Below are positions 39,792-48,598 of a stretch of 64,000 bases of DNA, one piece after another. The stretch spans positions 10,376-74,375 of the forward strand of contig JAFEFG010000004.1 of the NCBI GenBank assembly GCA_018240685.1, in the 5' to 3' direction. The notes under the pieces are model-generated. The model was given only the letters and a program-made list of their open reading frames with translations, did not search any database and had not been told where the DNA came from. Numbering within the stretch: the stretch's first letter is position 1; every line of letters begins with the position of its first letter. The position numbers and the translations under genes were made by a program. Source of the DNA: Pseudomonadota bacterium (lineage in GTDB: Bacteria; Pseudomonadota; Alphaproteobacteria; Reyranellales; Reyranellaceae).

Positions 39792-41075
39792 ATGACGAAT
39801 GCGATATCGGGCGCCTACGCGCAGGCCCTTCGGCGGGAGATCCTGCGCAGCGAGCAACAGCGGATGCGGGCGCTCGCCATCATCCTGTCGATCCTGCTGG
39901 CGGCGACCCTGATCGGTGCGGCCTTCCTGCCGGACGTGCGCAACCAGCTGTTTCCCCAGGGCATCTCGGTCTGGGTCCCGCTTGCGGGCATCGGGCCGTT
40001 CATCCTGTTCGAACTGGCGGCGCTCCTTGTCCTGCGCTGGCGCATTGCAGCCGGCAAGGATTTCCCCCAGCCGGCGCGGTTTGCCAACGCCTTCATCGAG
40101 ACAAGCCTGCCGGGCGTGGTGATCTTCGTCCTCTCCCGGCACATGGATCCCCCGCTCGTCTTCGGCTTCTGGCCGCCCCTGCTCTATTTCGTGTTCATCG
40201 TGCTGTCGACATTGCGACTCGATTTCTGGCTGTCGCTCTGGACCGGCACCATCGCCGCCGTCGAGCAGTTCGCACTCGCCTGGTGGCTGCTGCCGGTCGG
40301 TCCCGGAGCAACGGGCGCCGATGAGACGATCTACTATCACCTCAGTCGCAGCGTCATGCTCCTGATGGCCGGCGTCGTTGCGGGCGTGGTCGCCCGGAGC
40401 CTGCGACGGCAGTTCGAGAATTCGGTCGTCGCGGCAGCCGCCCGAGACCGCGTGACCAACCTGTTCGGCCAGCATGTTTCGCCGGCGGTGGTCGACCGCC
40501 TGCTGGCCACGCAGACCGATCCGCCGAGCGAGATCCGGCCCGTCTGTGTGCTCTTCCTCGACATTCGCGGTTTTACGGCAATGACGCGCAAGCGCCCGGC
40601 CCGCGAGACGGTCGCGCTGCTGAACGACTTCTTCGCCGCCATGGTCGTCATCGTCGACCGCCACGGCGGCATCGTGAACAAGTTCCTGGGCGACGGCTTC
40701 CTCGCCGTCTTCGGCGCGCCGCTTCCCGATCCGGAGGCGGCGACGCACGCCGTCGCTGCGGGGCGCGAAATGCTGGCCGCCGTCGATGAATGGAACCGGC
40801 AACGGCCCGGTCAGGCGCTACGCGTGGGCATTGGCATCCATGCCGGAGAGGCGGTGACGGGCACCGTCGGGTCGGCCGAGCGCAAGGAATACACCGTCAT
40901 CGGCGACACCGTGAACCTTGCCGCGCGGCTGGAGCAACTCACCAAGGAGACCGGCGCGCGGCTGCTGGTGTCGGACGCCCTGGATGCGCAGGCCCGGGAG
41001 GCGGGCGGCGAGGATCTGGGACCGATGGCGATCCGCGGTTACGGCGAACCGGTGCGGGTGTGGAGGCTGGCATGA
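39792..41075 (+). CDS. Membrane-bound class III adenylate cyclase
   Basis: Multi-TM N-terminus; FLDIRGFT, KFLGDG, YTVIGDTVNLAARLE (canonical Lys/Thr ATP specifiers). Confidence 0.9.
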   Translation: MTNAISGAYAQALRREILRSEQQRMRALAIILSILLAATLIGAAFLPDVRNQLFPQGISVWVPLAGIGPFILFELAALLVLRWRIAAGKDFPQPARFANAFIETSLPGVVIFVLSRHMDPPLVFGFWPPLLYFVFIVLSTLRLDFWLSLWTGTIAAVEQFALAWWLLPVGPGATGADETIYYHLSRSVMLLMAGVVAGVVARSLRRQFENSVVAAAARDRVTNLFGQHVSPAVVDRLLATQTDPPSEIRPVCVLFLDIRGFTAMTRKRPARETVALLNDFFAAMVVIVDRHGGIVNKFLGDGFLAVFGAPLPDPEAATHAVAAGREMLAAVDEWNRQRPGQALRVGIGIHAGEAVTGTVGSAERKEYTVIGDTVNLAARLEQLTKETGARLLVSDALDAQAREAGGEDLGPMAIRGYGEPVRVWRLA

Positions 41076-41548
41076 CCGAGCGGCTCGTATGGTACTTCGC
41101 CTATGGCTCGAACATGGATCCGGCCCGCCTTGCCGAAGACCGGCTGAAGCCCAGGGGCGTAGCCCTGGCTGAACGGATCGGCGGCCGGCTGGAGGGCTGG
41201 CGGCTCGTCTTCAACAAGCGCGCCCGCACGCCGGTCGGCTCGGGCGCCGGCAACATCGTGCCGGCCGGCGGAGCAGCCGTGTACGGAACGCTGAATGCGA
41301 TGCCGGCCGAGGGCATCGACGTGCTCGATGTCTGGGAGGGTGTGGCCGGCGGCCACTATGAGCGGCGACTGCTGCCCGTACTGCGTGCCGACACGGGCGC
41401 CATGGTCGAAGCCGTCACCTACGTCGCGCTGCTGACCGGGGACGATCTTCGTCCCACCCGCGCCTATCTTGGCCATCTCCTGGCGGGTCGCGATCTCCTG
41501 CCGCCGGACTACTGGGAGTGGCTGAAGGCCACCCCCACCGTCGACTGA
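41072..41548 (+). CDS. Gamma-glutamylcyclotransferase family protein
   Basis: YFAYGSNM, LDVWEG; ATGA overlap with the cyclase. Confidence 0.85.
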   Translation: MTERLVWYFAYGSNMDPARLAEDRLKPRGVALAERIGGRLEGWRLVFNKRARTPVGSGAGNIVPAGGAAVYGTLNAMPAEGIDVLDVWEGVAGGHYERRLLPVLRADTGAMVEAVTYVALLTGDDLRPTRAYLGHLLAGRDLLPPDYWEWLKATPTVD

Positions 41549-41551
41549 CCG

Positions 41552-42004
41552 CTACTTGGCGCCGGCCAAGCCCTTTTCCTTGCGTGCGCCCGCCTTGTTG
41601 GTCATGGGATCGAAGCCCTTGAGCTCGGCGACGTCGTCCTCGTTCCAGAAGTTGAGCTCGATCATGACGCCGTCCGGATCGTGCAGGAACACCTGCTGCA
41701 AGGGGCGCGCCGGGACCTTGCGGACTTCGAAGGGCACCTTGCCCTTCTTGATCGCGTCGATCGTCCCGCGGATGTCCGAGCAGTTGATCGCCACATGGTC
41801 GATCGCGCCGCTGCCGTGGTCCTCGCGCCCCGTCTCCGAGACGAGATGCAGGATCGGCTTGTCGCCGGCATAGAGCCAGGCGCCCGGGAACGGGAAGGGC
41901 GGACGGTCGCCGTTGTGAAGACCGACATAGCGCTCGTAGAAGCGCACTGTCGCGTCGAGGTTCTTGCAGTAGACGTTGTAGTGATCGAGGGAGAGAGCGG
42001 GCAT
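41552..42004 (-). CDS. VOC/glyoxalase family protein
   Basis: LDHYNV, GAWLYAG, IDHVA, FLHDPDGVMIELNF. Confidence 0.88.
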   Translation of the reverse strand: MPALSLDHYNVYCKNLDATVRFYERYVGLHNGDRPPFPFPGAWLYAGDKPILHLVSETGREDHGSGAIDHVAINCSDIRGTIDAIKKGKVPFEVRKVPARPLQQVFLHDPDGVMIELNFWNEDDVAELKGFDPMTNKAGARKEKGLAGAK

Positions 42005-42066
42005 GGGATCCTCCTCTGCGGGCCGCACGACTTTACACCCATCCGGGCCGGCCTTGGCAAATCCCC

Positions 42067-42921
42067 TCAGACGGCCTCGGGGCGCCCGAGGACGTGATTG
42101 ACCACCGTCGCCGGCACGGCCAGCCGCGGGTCGCGATAGACCGCCCGCAACTCGTCGAAACGGGCGTCCGGGGTGCGGGTCAGTGCGGCGAGACCGTCGA
42201 TCAGCTCGAGGTCGATCTGCCGGTCGTCGGTGACCATCGCGCCCCAGCCGTCCCACGGCAGCATTTCGCGGTTGTTGAGGGCGGCGAGGTCGCGGATCAC
42301 GTTGGAGGCGATGAACCAGAGCCCGTGCATGTCCAGGATGCCGAATGCGTCGGGATCGGCCTTGCCGGCGCGGCAGAGCGACCAGGCTTCTCCCGCCACC
42401 AGGAACTGCCCGGTTGGAACGTCGAGCGGATCGAAGGCGATCCGGAAGAGCGCGCGCTGGAGCGGATCCATCTGGGCATCGACCGTCACCCAGCGATTCT
42501 CCCGTTCGTTCCAGTACTCGGTGACCCAGTGGTCCACGAACCGGCCCGCCTCGAAGTAGGCGCCGAAGCCGCAGCGGGCCCGGGCGGGCAGGCCCTGGCT
42601 GCGCAGCATCGCCACCTGCAGCAGCGTGAAATGACGGCAGACGCCTGTCTGCCGGGCCGACGGCGGCCGCGGCTCCGCCAGCGGCGCGGGATGCTGCGCG
42701 GCGATGTTCTGCAGCATGGACGAGACCGAGCGCAGATGTGCCTCGGCATGCTGTTCCTGCGTGAGCGTCACGCCGTAGGCCGGCGCGACATGCTCGTGGA
42801 TCAGCAGACCCTGTACCACTTCGGCCGTTGCCGCAGGCCCTCGCGGAAGATTGTCGAAGAGCGGTCCGTATAGCCCCGGATCGCTGAGATCGACGGGCTG
42901 GCGATAGAAATCGAGGCTCAT
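42067..42921 (-). CDS. Transglutaminase-like protein
   Basis: GVCRHF (Cys), DHWV (His) and VDA (Asp) triad motifs. Confidence 0.82.
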   Translation of the reverse strand: MSLDFYRQPVDLSDPGLYGPLFDNLPRGPAATAEVVQGLLIHEHVAPAYGVTLTQEQHAEAHLRSVSSMLQNIAAQHPAPLAEPRPPSARQTGVCRHFTLLQVAMLRSQGLPARARCGFGAYFEAGRFVDHWVTEYWNERENRWVTVDAQMDPLQRALFRIAFDPLDVPTGQFLVAGEAWSLCRAGKADPDAFGILDMHGLWFIASNVIRDLAALNNREMLPWDGWGAMVTDDRQIDLELIDGLAALTRTPDARFDELRAVYRDPRLAVPATVVNHVLGRPEAV

Positions 42922-43349
42922 GCGAACAGCCTTTCCAGGTTGTCGAGCGCATAGGTCCAGCCGATGCCGTGATCGTCGCGCACCTTCTCGTCGATGAAGC
43001 GTTCGTGCGTGAGCGTCAGCAGGCTGCCGTCATTGACCGGCAGGATCTCGATGGTCACCTGGGATTCCCGTTCGGGCGTGCTCTGCCAGGTCCAGGAGAA
43101 GACCAGTTTCCGATTGGGCACGATCTCGCGATAGACACCGCTGACACTGTGGTGCTCGCCGCTCTGGCCCCAGAACTGTACGCGAAAGCGTCCGCCGACG
43201 CGCAGGTCCGTCTCGGCGATGGGCTTGTTCGGGTGGGGCGTGACGCCCCACCAGCGCGTCATCTGCCCGGGCTGCGTCCACGCTTCGAAGACTTTCTCGG
43301 GCGGCGCCTTGAGCCGGCGCTTGAGGACGAGGCTGGGGGCGTTGGCCAT
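42918..43349 (-). CDS. SRPBCC/AHSA1 ligand-binding protein
   Basis: APPEKVFEAWT, DLRVGG, GVYREIVP, GWTYALDNL. Confidence 0.9.
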   Translation of the reverse strand: MANAPSLVLKRRLKAPPEKVFEAWTQPGQMTRWWGVTPHPNKPIAETDLRVGGRFRVQFWGQSGEHHSVSGVYREIVPNRKLVFSWTWQSTPERESQVTIEILPVNDGSLLTLTHERFIDEKVRDDHGIGWTYALDNLERLFA

Positions 43350-43678
43350 TGGTCTTGCTCCAGGAAGGCGGCGAGGCGATCGAGCTGTTCGGTCCAGTAA
43401 CGCTCGTAGTGGGCGAGCCAGTTCATCGCCTGCTCCATCGGCGCCGGATTCAACTGGCACGCAACCGTGCGGCCGGTCTTGGTCCGCACGATCAGACCTG
43501 CGTCGGAGAGCACGTCGAGGTGCTTCATGATCGCGGGCAGGGAGACGGGAAAAGGGCGGGCCAGCTCGCTCACCGACAGGCCGGGCTCTTCGTCGAGTCG
43601 CGCCAGCAGGGCGCGGCGGGTCGGGTCGGCGAGGGCGGCGAAGGTGCGGTCGAGGCCGGCATTCTGATAGTTAACCAT
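43259..43678 (-). CDS. ArsR/SmtB family regulator
   Basis: FAALADPTRRALL, SLPAIMKHLDVL, KTGRTV; 3' end overlaps the SRPBCC gene. Confidence 0.9.
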   Translation of the reverse strand: MVNYQNAGLDRTFAALADPTRRALLARLDEEPGLSVSELARPFPVSLPAIMKHLDVLSDAGLIVRTKTGRTVACQLNPAPMEQAMNWLAHYERYWTEQLDRLAAFLEQDQWPTPPASSSSAGSRRRPRKSSKRGRSPGR

Positions 43679-43716
43679 AATGTTAACTAATGCGGCGCCT
43701 GCCGCGCCTTTGTCAA
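43668..43716 (-). promoter_or_regulatory. ArsR operator over the start codon plus a TTGACA -35 (probable leaderless promoter)
   Basis: Perfect inverted repeat tagttaac-cataat-gttaacta (43668-43689) spans the ATG; TTGACA on the minus strand at 43711-43716. Confidence 0.7.
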
Positions 43717-43723
43717 GGACGCT

Positions 43724-44461
43724 TCAGGCCCTCTCGATCAGCGCCTGCGCCGCAGCGGGATTGCGCACCTTGGCGCCGGAGATGAAGTAGACGAAGGCAT
43801 CGCCCTTCTTCGCCCAGTCCTTGGCGCGCTTGGCCCATTTGTCGAGTTCGGCGGGCTTGTAGCCGGTCTTGACCTTCTCTTCCGTTCCCATGAGGCGGGC
43901 GTAGGAGAAGTCGGCGGTCGGCTCGTCGATCTCGGGGAAGTCCTTGTCGTGGGCGTAGACGATCGCGACCCCGTGCTTGCGGCAGAGGTCGTAGAAGCGT
44001 TCGTCCTTGAAGCTTGGATGGCGCACTTCCACTGCATGACGCAGCGGCAGCTTGCCGACCTCGCGCGGCAGCAGTTTGAGGAACGCCTCGATATCCTCGG
44101 GATCGAACTTCTTCGTCGCCATGAACTGCCAGTTGATCGGGCCCAGGCGGTCGCGCAGCTCGACCAGCCCCTGGTTGACGAACCGGCCAACGGACTCTGC
44201 TGCGTCGGCCAGCACGCGCCGATTGGTGCAGAAGCGTGACGCTTTCATCGCGAACACGAAGCCTTCTGGCGTCTCGTCGCGCCACTTGGCCCAGTTCGCC
44301 GGCTTGAAGCTGGAGTAGTAGGTTCCATTGATCTCGATCGAAGTGAGCTTGCGACTTGCATATTCGAGCTCGCGCTTCTGCGTGAGGTCGTCGGGATAGA
44401 ACACGCCCCGCCAAGGCTCGAAGGTCCAGCCGCCGATGCCGACATAGATTTTGCCTGTCAT
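43724..44461 (-). CDS. DUF72 family protein
   Basis: IGGWTFEPW, IEINGTYY, HAVEVRH, YARLMG. Confidence 0.9.
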   Translation of the reverse strand: MTGKIYVGIGGWTFEPWRGVFYPDDLTQKRELEYASRKLTSIEINGTYYSSFKPANWAKWRDETPEGFVFAMKASRFCTNRRVLADAAESVGRFVNQGLVELRDRLGPINWQFMATKKFDPEDIEAFLKLLPREVGKLPLRHAVEVRHPSFKDERFYDLCRKHGVAIVYAHDKDFPEIDEPTADFSYARLMGTEEKVKTGYKPAELDKWAKRAKDWAKKGDAFVYFISGAKVRNPAAAQALIERA

Positions 44462-45687
44462 GCGGTCTTCTTAGCATGGCAGGGAGGCGGCTGCTCCTGC
44501 GGGTTTGTCTCCGGCATCAGCGCCGCCACCAGCGTCAGGCCGATGAGGGCGATGGACGCGAGGGTGAAGAATGCGGCCGAGCTGCCGAAGGAATCGGTGA
44601 CGTATCCGGCGAGCGGCGTGCTCAGCGAGGCACCGATGCCCATCATCGTGCCGATCAGCCCCTGGGTCAGATTGAAACGTCCGGTTCCGCGGGTCAGGTC
44701 GGCGATCATAAGCGGCACCATGACGCTGAAGACTGCGGCGGTCACGCCGTCCAGGAGTTGCGCCAGAACGAGCAGATAGGGATTCGTCACTGTCGCGAAG
44801 AGCAGGCCACGAAGGGGCAGCGCGGCCAGTCCCACAAGCAGGATTGGCCGCCGCCCCCAACGTTGCGCCTGGCGCCCGGCCCAGGGTGAGCAGAGTGCGA
44901 CGATGATTTGCGGGCCGACCATGCAGGCGGCGATGAGGACGGTGGCCCAGTCGGCGGTGCGCATGGTCAGCATGCTGCCCAGCAGCGGGAGCATGGCCGC
45001 GTTGGCGAGATGGAAGAGGAGGATGCAGCCGGCGAAGACCACGAGCGGCCGCATCGGCAATCGCCGACGGCCGTCGCCCGAAGCGGCGCCCGGGGCTGGC
45101 GTCGGGCTGCCATGGGCCTGCTCCGCATCGACCTCGCCGGGCGCGATGAGTCGCAGCGCCGCCCAGGTCGGCACGAGCAGTGCCGCGGTGACCAGAAAGA
45201 CCGATCGTGTCTCGAAAAGATAGCCGCAGGCCCCCATGACCGCCGCCGACAGGCCGGCGCCGATCGAGGCGAAGCGCGCATTGCGCCCCAGTCGTTCTCC
45301 GATTGCCGCCGGCCCCACCAGGCCGAGGCTCATTGCCACGATCGCGGGGCCGAGCAGGCAGCTCGCGGCGGCATGCAGGCAGGCGGCGGCAAAGACGACG
45401 GGAAAAATCGGCCAGGCGGCATACGCGACGGCGCTGGCACTGATCAGGCCGACCGCGATCGCGGCCACCAGCCGCTCCGATCGGGCGGCGTCGAGCAATG
45501 CGCCTCCCGGAATCTGCCCGATCAGCGACATCACGCCGGACACGGAGAGTACCAGGCCGATATCGACCTGCGTCCATTTCTCGGTCGTGAGGTAGACGGA
45601 AACGAAGGGGCCGAAGCCGGTCTGAACGTCGGCGACGAAGAAGGCGAACCAGTCAAGGCCGCGCAGGCTGCGTTGCGACGCGGCCAT
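44458..45687 (-). CDS. MFS transporter
   Basis: FFVADVQTGFGPF, HLANAAMLPL, GTGRFN; 12-TM pattern. Confidence 0.88.
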   Translation of the reverse strand: MAASQRSLRGLDWFAFFVADVQTGFGPFVSVYLTTEKWTQVDIGLVLSVSGVMSLIGQIPGGALLDAARSERLVAAIAVGLISASAVAYAAWPIFPVVFAAACLHAAASCLLGPAIVAMSLGLVGPAAIGERLGRNARFASIGAGLSAAVMGACGYLFETRSVFLVTAALLVPTWAALRLIAPGEVDAEQAHGSPTPAPGAASGDGRRRLPMRPLVVFAGCILLFHLANAAMLPLLGSMLTMRTADWATVLIAACMVGPQIIVALCSPWAGRQAQRWGRRPILLVGLAALPLRGLLFATVTNPYLLVLAQLLDGVTAAVFSVMVPLMIADLTRGTGRFNLTQGLIGTMMGIGASLSTPLAGYVTDSFGSSAAFFTLASIALIGLTLVAALMPETNPQEQPPPCHAKKTA

Positions 45688-46187
45688 CAGGGCAGGGGCT
45701 CGAGGTTTCCCGAAGCGCCGAGGACGACGATCGGCTGGCCTTCCTTGTATTCGGGAGCCGCCTTGACCTGCTCGCGGCTGAGTTCGAGGACGATGCCGTA
45801 GCGCTTGCTGGCGGCGGGCACGAAGTGCAGCGCCTTCCAGTCGACGGCGATCTTCCGGCTGCCCACGCCAAGGAAGCCGCCAAAGTCGATGATTGCGGCG
45901 CGCGGCCTGCCTTCGCCGTCGACGATGACGTCGACGATCCGGCCCATGCTCTCGTTGGCGATCGTGCGCACCTCTCCGCCGAGGATTCCCTGCACGTCGC
46001 GGCTGCCGAGCACGGTGACCGAAGGTAGGGCGCCGGCTTTTCCCGGCGCGAGCCCGGGCGCCGGCGAATGTCCTGGGGGCGGGGAAGTCGGCACCGTCGT
46101 GGGAGAGGTCTGTGCGGACAGGGATCGACAGCCGAGCACGCCGAACAACGCCGCCAGTATGACACGCCGAAGCATTCCGCCGACCAT
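45687..46187 (-). CDS. Secreted PRC-barrel domain protein
   Basis: GRIVDVIVD, AIIDFGGFLGVGSRKIAVDW; signal peptide with a Pro-rich linker. Confidence 0.85.
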   Translation of the reverse strand: MVGGMLRRVILAALFGVLGCRSLSAQTSPTTVPTSPPPGHSPAPGLAPGKAGALPSVTVLGSRDVQGILGGEVRTIANESMGRIVDVIVDGEGRPRAAIIDFGGFLGVGSRKIAVDWKALHFVPAASKRYGIVLELSREQVKAAPEYKEGQPIVVLGASGNLEPLP

Positions 46188-46249
46188 CGCACCCCCTTTC
46201 CGCCGCCGCAGCCTTAACTCGCGGATGCCGGCAGGGTTCCCGAGCCGCT

Positions 46250-48451
46250 TCAGCGCGAGGAGACGATCGCCACCTGGGCGTTGCCGCGCTGGCGGGCGAT
46301 TTCGATCGAGACGTCGTGGCGATGCCGTCGCACCGTGACGTCGATCGTCGATCCGCCGAGCTGCAGGTTGCGCAACGTCACATCGTCGATGAACGGCGGC
46401 AGGCATGGATTGCGCAACCGGATCTCGTTCCGCTCGGGGTCGAGTTCAAGACCCAGCGCGGCTTCGATCAGCGAGAAGGGCGTCGCACTTGCCCAGGCTT
46501 GCGGCGAGCAGGCGACAGGATACAGGGTCGGCCCGCGGGAGGCTTGCCGGCGAAAGCCGCAGAAGAGTTCGGGCAGGCGGCGCAGGTGCATATAGGACGC
46601 TGCGTCGAACAGGCCTTCGAAGAGCTGGGCAACGGCCTGCTTGAAGCCGTAACGCGCAAGCCCCCGGGCGATCAGGGCATTGTCGTGCGGCCACACCGAG
46701 CCGTTGTGATAGGACATCGGATTGTAGCGCGCTTCGCCTCGCGCGACGGTGCGGATACCCCAGCCCGAGAAGAAGCGCGGCCCGAGCAGGCCGGCGGCGA
46801 CCTTGGCGGCGCGATCCGGTCGGACGATGCCGGTGAAGAGGAGCTGGCCGGCATTCGACGTCGCGATGCGGCACGGCTCCTTGCTGCCGTCGAGCGCCAA
46901 GGCATAGGTCTCGATGTCGGGACACCAGAATGCCGCCTCGAATCGTTCCGCCAGCCGCCGGGCGTCGGCTTCGAGCCTTTCGGCCTGTTCGATCCGGCCC
47001 AACCGGCGCGCGCAGCGCGCGATGGAGCGCTTTGCCGCGAAGACATAGCCCTGCACCTCGGCGAGCGCGATCGGCCCCTCGGCCAGGCGGCCGTCGGCAT
47101 GGAAGACGGCGTCGTACGAGTCCTTCCATCCCTGATTGGCAAGGCCAAGCTCGGTGGCGCGGCAATACTCGATGAAACCGTCCCGATCCGGATCGCCGAG
47201 GCCGTCGATCCAGGCGAGCGCGGCCTCGACGGCAGGCCAGAGCGATTTCGCCGTCTGGAAGTCGCCGGTCCGCTCGGTGTAGAGGCCGGCGAGGAGGACG
47301 AAGAGCGGCGTGGCATCGACGCTGCCGTAGTATTGCGCGAAGGGGACTTCGCCCAGGGCGGCCATCTCGCCGCCGCGCATCTCGTGCAGGATCTTGCCGG
47401 GCTCGGCGTCGGATGCGGGATCGGCGGTCGTGGCTTGATGCGTCGCCAGTCGGCGCAGGACGCCGCGTGCGATGCTCGGCTCGCACCAGAGCATCTGCAG
47501 CGCCGTGATCAGGCCGTCGCGCCCGAATGTGGTCGAATACCAGGGAATACCGGCATAGGGATAGCGCCCTTCGGGTGTCTCGGTCGTCAGCATCCGCAGA
47601 TCGGCCGTCGACTGGCAGAACACTTCGTTGAGGAGTTCGTTGGAAGTCTCGATGGTTGTCGTGTCGCGCGCCCGCGCCCGCAGTTCGCGTCGCGCTTCCA
47701 GGAGCCCTTTGAGGAAGGGCACCGGTCGCTCTGCAACGTTGCAGGCGACGGCCAGATAGATCGGCTGCATCTGCCCGGGTGCGAGGTCGAGACGATAGAC
47801 CGCTTCGCCGACCGTGAGATCCAGGGGAGATGGATCGAAAGTGAGGACGGTCGCGCGCGTCAGATCGTCGAGGCCCTGATAGTCGAGAGAAACGATGTTC
47901 TTTCCGTTCAGATGCCGCTGTGCGCTGCCCCGGCGTCTGCGGCGCATGCCGCGCACTTCGAACAGGTCGGCGAAGTCACTGCCAAAGTGGATCGAGAGCG
48001 ACAGGCTGATCGGCCGGTCGGCATGGTTGGAAACGCCAAGTCTCAGATAAGCCGTGCTGCGCCAGAGGAAGAACGTGCGGCTGATGTGGATCAGGTCCTT
48101 CTGCAGCACGATCTTGCCGTTGGTCACGAAATCGGGGTTGGTGAGATCGACGGTCAGCAGGCTGTTGTCGTCGCGGATGTTCGAGCCCAGCAGGAGCGGC
48201 TGGAGGCCGTTCACACGCAGTTCGAGGCGCGAGAGGAATCGCGTGTCCTTGAAGAAGAGCCCGTTCGGCCCCGCGCTGGCCGCGCCCATGTCGCCCAAGT
48301 CGTCGACCACGGCAAAGGTGTCGTCGTGCTTCAAGGTCCAGTGCGGCCCCGCTGCGGGGCCGGTCGCGGCGATGAAGAAGGGAAGTTCGCCCGCTTCTTC
48401 CTTCGAAGCAGGGCCGTCGCTCGTCGTACCGGTCAAGGTCTGGATCGACAT
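46250..48451 (-). CDS. Amylo-alpha-1,6-glucosidase/glycogen debranching enzyme-like (alpha/alpha)6 glycosidase
   Basis: LKHDDTF, AGIPWYSTTFGRD, YYGSVDATPL, NQGWKDS, YHNGSVWPHD, ACSPQAW. Confidence 0.88.
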   Translation of the reverse strand: MSIQTLTGTTSDGPASKEEAGELPFFIAATGPAAGPHWTLKHDDTFAVVDDLGDMGAASAGPNGLFFKDTRFLSRLELRVNGLQPLLLGSNIRDDNSLLTVDLTNPDFVTNGKIVLQKDLIHISRTFFLWRSTAYLRLGVSNHADRPISLSLSIHFGSDFADLFEVRGMRRRRRGSAQRHLNGKNIVSLDYQGLDDLTRATVLTFDPSPLDLTVGEAVYRLDLAPGQMQPIYLAVACNVAERPVPFLKGLLEARRELRARARDTTTIETSNELLNEVFCQSTADLRMLTTETPEGRYPYAGIPWYSTTFGRDGLITALQMLWCEPSIARGVLRRLATHQATTADPASDAEPGKILHEMRGGEMAALGEVPFAQYYGSVDATPLFVLLAGLYTERTGDFQTAKSLWPAVEAALAWIDGLGDPDRDGFIEYCRATELGLANQGWKDSYDAVFHADGRLAEGPIALAEVQGYVFAAKRSIARCARRLGRIEQAERLEADARRLAERFEAAFWCPDIETYALALDGSKEPCRIATSNAGQLLFTGIVRPDRAAKVAAGLLGPRFFSGWGIRTVARGEARYNPMSYHNGSVWPHDNALIARGLARYGFKQAVAQLFEGLFDAASYMHLRRLPELFCGFRRQASRGPTLYPVACSPQAWASATPFSLIEAALGLELDPERNEIRLRNPCLPPFIDDVTLRNLQLGGSTIDVTVRRHRHDVSIEIARQRGNAQVAIVSSR

Positions 48452-48598
48452 GGCTCCATTACCCGCTTGGTTCGACCTGAAGCCGGAAGGATACGAACTC
48501 GGGTGTCAGGTTCAATCGCGGCGATTCGATCCATCCACCGCTTCGAATTTGGTCTCATTGTGGCGTCGGCCGGCCGCGGGCCGTGCCGCGCACGAGAT

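Noticed and set aside
43259-43349. 91-nt overlap of the ArsR 3' end with SRPBCC as a possible frameshift
   Set aside because: Both proteins are complete and SRPBCC has its own SD (GGAG); from recall, similar overlaps occur in homologous pairs.
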